This document shows, one piece after another, positions 60,864 to 64,000 of a stretch of DNA of 64,000 nt. The stretch comes from Octopus vulgaris. Its lineage: Eukaryota. Numbering within the stretch: position 1 is the stretch's first letter; the number at the start of each line of letters is the position of its first letter. Below the pieces are notes generated by a model that worked only from the letters and a program-made list of their open reading frames with translations, was not told the origin of the DNA and did not search any database. Location: positions 60,884,001 to 60,948,000 of the forward strand of contig OX597827.1 of assembly GCA_951406725.2 (NCBI GenBank). The letters are read 5' to 3'. The translations under genes were made by a program, and so were the position numbers.

Positions 60864-62329
60864 GAATATTTACTTTATTTGCCCATTTTTCTCATTCAGT
60901 TTCTCTGTTATTGTAAAGCTGGATATAGCTGTTGCCAGTTCTATTGTATTTACCTTGCTATGTAATATGGTGAAGTGGTCTGGTTGAATAAGTTAGTCAG
61001 GCGGTGGGGGGGGGGTATGTTGCCACATCAATATAATGGACCTGGGCAGAATTCATACACAACTTCGCAGTAACAAAGAAATTAATAAGGTAAAAATAAA
61101 CGGGGGGTAGGATGTGAAATGAAATATGAACTGCAGCTTTCAACAATGAATGCAAAATAATACACACACACACACACACACAAGCGTATGCAAATGTACA
61201 CACACACACACATAAATACATATACACACAAACAAATCTTCACACACATACATATACATGCATACACAATCACATGCATGCTTATACACACAAAGATATA
61301 AGCCTCCACTCACATACACACACACTCAATAATTTTTGAGGTACATGCAAATGATAATATTTTGCCTCTTTATTTAAAAATGGTCAATACCAATGCTCCC
61401 TGACTGGCTCCCGTTCCAGTGGCATGTGAAAAGCACCATCCGAACATGGTCGATGCCAGTGTTCCCTGACTGGTTCCCGTGCCAGTGGCATGTAAAAAGC
61501 ACCCACTACACTCTTGGAGTGATTGGCATTGGGCATCAAGCTATAGAATCATTGCCAGATCAGATTGGAGCTTGGTGCAGCCCACTGGCTTGCCAGACCT
61601 TAGTCAAACCGTCCAACTCATGCCGGCATGGAAAGCAGATGTTAAATGATGATGATGTTTGTACTGTTTATCAGTTCACTTGCTCCATCAAATTGATATT
61701 GCCTGAACAACAAATCAAAGGTGCCATGCAGTGGGACTAAACCCAAGAGTACATGGCTGGGAAGAAAGCTTCTTGGCCACATAGCTACGCCTTTTTATCT
61801 GGCCTTCTTTTTTTCTTTTCACGATCCTTTTTGATCGGAATTGCCCCACCCCCACTTTCTTTTTTCTTTTTTTCTCCTTCTCGACTTCCCAAAAAGAAAA
61901 GCTCTACTTTGTATTTTGTCTCTTCTGTGTTCAGCCCTGCATGGCTAATAAAGACATCTATCTAGATACAAAAAAAAAAAAAAAAAAAAAAAGGGACAAT
62001 AGTCATGGCTAGACTATCTTTGATCATGTGTTAATACATGAAGATACTGAATTATCTTCATATCAGATACAGTGTCTAAATGACTGCAGAAACCCTTTTG
62101 GATTGACAACTGTTTCATTAACAAAACCCATACAAGATTATAAAACAAAAAAAAGGTGGGGGGGGGGGGTAACCAACAACAAATAAAAGGGGTAAATGTA
62201 CCAAACTTTAATATCGGTTGATATACAACTCTCCAGTTCCTGTATAAGGACCACTGCAGGCACACACTCCTGTAGTTCTGCTGTCACTTCTTTCAGAAAG
62301 TCTCTGGTTTCTTTAGTAAGTGTCTCAGG
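53618..62329 (-). CDS. MAVS: MAVS-like mitochondrial antiviral signalling adaptor (CARD, death domain, Ser/acidic linker, C-terminal TM); span of 4 visible coding exons, start exon not located
   Basis: Exons 62329-62207, 59605-59437, 57598-57374 and 55560-53618 join in frame (2460 nt) at GT-AG sites. The domain order and tail anchor match invertebrate MAVS. Identity is inferred by eye, not by a search. Confidence 0.72.
55592..55754. repeat. Degenerate minisatellite, unit about 38 bp, about 4 copies
   Basis: ATCTTAAAAT..TRGAT.TTTCT.AAAC recurs. Confidence 0.75.
56030..56480 (+). mobile_element. Old RTE LINE fragment
   Basis: LRQVKKFKYL..NDG....LIARI and AVEMSFF.RISG, plus a G.RP.GRPR-like segment, with stops. 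Confidence 0.7.
57374..57598 (-). CDS. MAVS: MAVS-like exon: linker and death-domain N-half
   Basis: Acceptor TTTCCAG|, donor G|GTATGT, phase 1-1. Reads ..LLGPLKRLDQEYPESWRLLALHLG, with the W..LA..LG death-domain motif. Confidence 0.88.
59437..59605 (-). CDS. MAVS: MAVS-like exon: CARD C-half
   Basis: Acceptor TTTTCATAG|, donor GAAG|GTGAGT. Reads DQIELEYEIKGNEAAVNSLLHHLASSEHWQLRLAEALLSSSINLPDLAEKV. Confidence 0.88.
59649..59868. mobile_element. piggyBac-type MITE
   Basis: TTAA|CCCTTTA ... TAAAGGG|TTAA. Confidence 0.82.
60343..60710 (-). mobile_element. SINE family A
   Basis: Near-consensus reverse copy. Confidence 0.88.
62207..62329 (-). CDS. MAVS: MAVS-like exon: CARD N-half
   Basis: Acceptor CTTCCAG|, donor AAA|GTTTGG, phase 0-0. 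Reads PETLTKETRDFLKEVTAELQECVPAVVLIQELESCISTDIK. Confidence 0.8.
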
Positions 62330-62664
62330 CTGGAAGATAAAAAATGTTGTAAGGGTAACAATATACAGAGGCAATACTGAAAACATGTAATCACAGTATA
62401 AACATAACACCACCAACAATAAACAACACAACTGACAGTAGACAACACAACAGGTTTTAAACAATACAATGAGCAATGAACAGCACAATGGACTGTTAAC
62501 AACATAATGAACAGTGAACAATACAACAGGCAGTAAAAATTGCAATGAACAGTAAACAATGCAATGAACAATAAACCCATCCCAATCACATTGCAAACAA
62601 TGAAATGAACCCACATTTATGCCTGGTACTTTCCTATCAGTCTCTTTTGCTGAACCACAAAGTT

Positions 62665-62972
62665 GTTGTTGTTTGTTCCTTCTTGAGCCACACCTGGCTC
62701 ATAGGGCCGGTTTCCCGGTTTCCTTGGCATATAGGTTTTCCCACCTGGACGGAACGCCGGTCCATTGCAGGTGAGCTGCAAGATGCAGGAGGAAAGAGTG
62801 AGAGAAAGTTGTGGTGAAAGAGTCAGCAGAAGTTTGCCATTACCTTCTGCCGGAGCCGTGTGGAGCTTAGGTGTTTCACTCATAAACATGCACATCGCCT
62901 GGTCTGAGATTCGAACCTGCAATCCCTCGACCGCAAGTCCGCTGCTCAAACCACTAGGCCATGTGCCTCCAC
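62665..62972 (-). mobile_element. Family C-like SINE with (AAC)n tail nested in a family A SINE
   Basis: Perfect 13-bp TSD GAACCACAAAGTT at 62652-62664 and 62973-62985. Confidence 0.88.
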
Positions 62973-63052
62973 GAACCACAAAGTTACAGGGACACAAACA
63001 CACCGATATCGGTTGTCAAGCAGTGACAGGAACAAACACAGACACATACAAA

Positions 63053-63090
<38 letters not shown>

Positions 63091-63641
63091 TGTATGTGAG
63101 AGAGAAGCTTCTTTCAGTTTCTGCCTACTAAATCCACTCACACGGCTTTGGTTGGCTTGAGTCTATAGTAGAAGACAGTTACCCAAGATACCACCATGTG
63201 GTTGGGAAGCAAACTTCTTATTTCTTTATTTCCCATAAGGGGCTAAACAGAGGGGACAAACAAGGACGGACAAAGGGATTAAGTAGTTCGGCAAAAGAGA
63301 AAACACCATGCAGACTGCAACAGTCAATAAAACAGAAACATAGTTTAAAAATTTATTCTTTCAGTGAGTCCCAGTACCAAATAATCCATGGCCCAGGGTT
63401 GGGACCTGTCAGAGCATTATATATTGCAATATAGAGCAATGCTCCGCAACCACTTTTTCACTTGCAGTACACTTATATTCTTTTCAAAATTCGGTGGCAC
63501 ACTTGAACTAAAAGCATAAAACTAAAAGCATAGGGCAAAAAAAAAATTATACTCAGGTTACACTGCGGCACACTGGTTGTGGAGAACTGGCATAGAGGCA
63601 GTAGTATACTATGATAAAGCATTTTAATAGTACTGTACAAA

Positions 63642-63993
63642 TCTCTATATATATAAATGGCAAAATGTCTGCGTGTGTGTCCTTTATACAAATCCACAAT
63701 TTTTCAGTTATAGGGCTTGCACTTTCTATGGTCATTCAAATCTGTCCAAGGGTGGTCATGCACATCTTTACATTTCCCCAGTCACCCCGTAAAGCCATTA
63801 AAAAAATCAATAGAAGTGACTTTTTTGTGAATTTTCTATCCAAAACTCAATCAAAATGCCCGAAACTTGATATGCCAATTGAACGCCAGCTAGCTGTATG
63901 TGATTGGTCGGAGATTTGGACGGTACTCGCGTGTATGTGCACACGCACGCAGCTGTATATGCATGCACTAGCGTTGCCGGGTCATAGTGCTAG
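63642..63993 (+). mobile_element. Non-autonomous Helitron (third family)
   Basis: A|TCTCTATATATATAAA start, GC-rich subterminal segment, CTAG|T end. Confidence 0.72.
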
Positions 63994-64000
63994 TAGCATA

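Noticed and set aside
63180-63320. ATG|GT candidates for the MAVS-like start exon
   Set aside because: They lie in or beside SINE remnants with weak donors and cannot be supported. The start exon may be outside the window.

Overview
Eukaryotic, AT-rich DNA dense in microsatellites and SINEs. The repeat families suggest a cephalopod (Octopus) genome, which is an inference. Two spliced protein-coding genes converge tail-to-tail. (1) A complete sideroflexin (SFXN1/3-type mitochondrial carrier) on +, with 10 coding exons from 20031 to 38775 (981 nt, 326 aa) and all introns GT-AG. (2) A gene on - with four visible coding exons (62329 to 53618, 819 aa plus an unseen start exon) encoding CARD, death domain, a long Ser/acidic linker and a C-terminal membrane anchor, best read as an invertebrate MAVS. 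The rest is mobile DNA: four tRNA-derived SINE families; RTE, CR1, R4/Dong and Penelope-like retroelement fragments; mariner and DD37D transposase relics; pogo, hAT, piggyBac and mariner MITEs; three non-autonomous Helitrons; and foldback elements. The less obvious signals are several hammerhead-ribozyme-like motifs (one with a competing alternative fold), inverted SINEs bracketing the start-codon exon, a perfect snap-back hairpin at a retroelement junction, and repeated SINE-into-SINE insertion at one site. Most ORFs in the supplied track are microsatellite or SINE artefacts. Element boundaries were read by eye and may be off by a few bases unless TSDs or splice sites are quoted.
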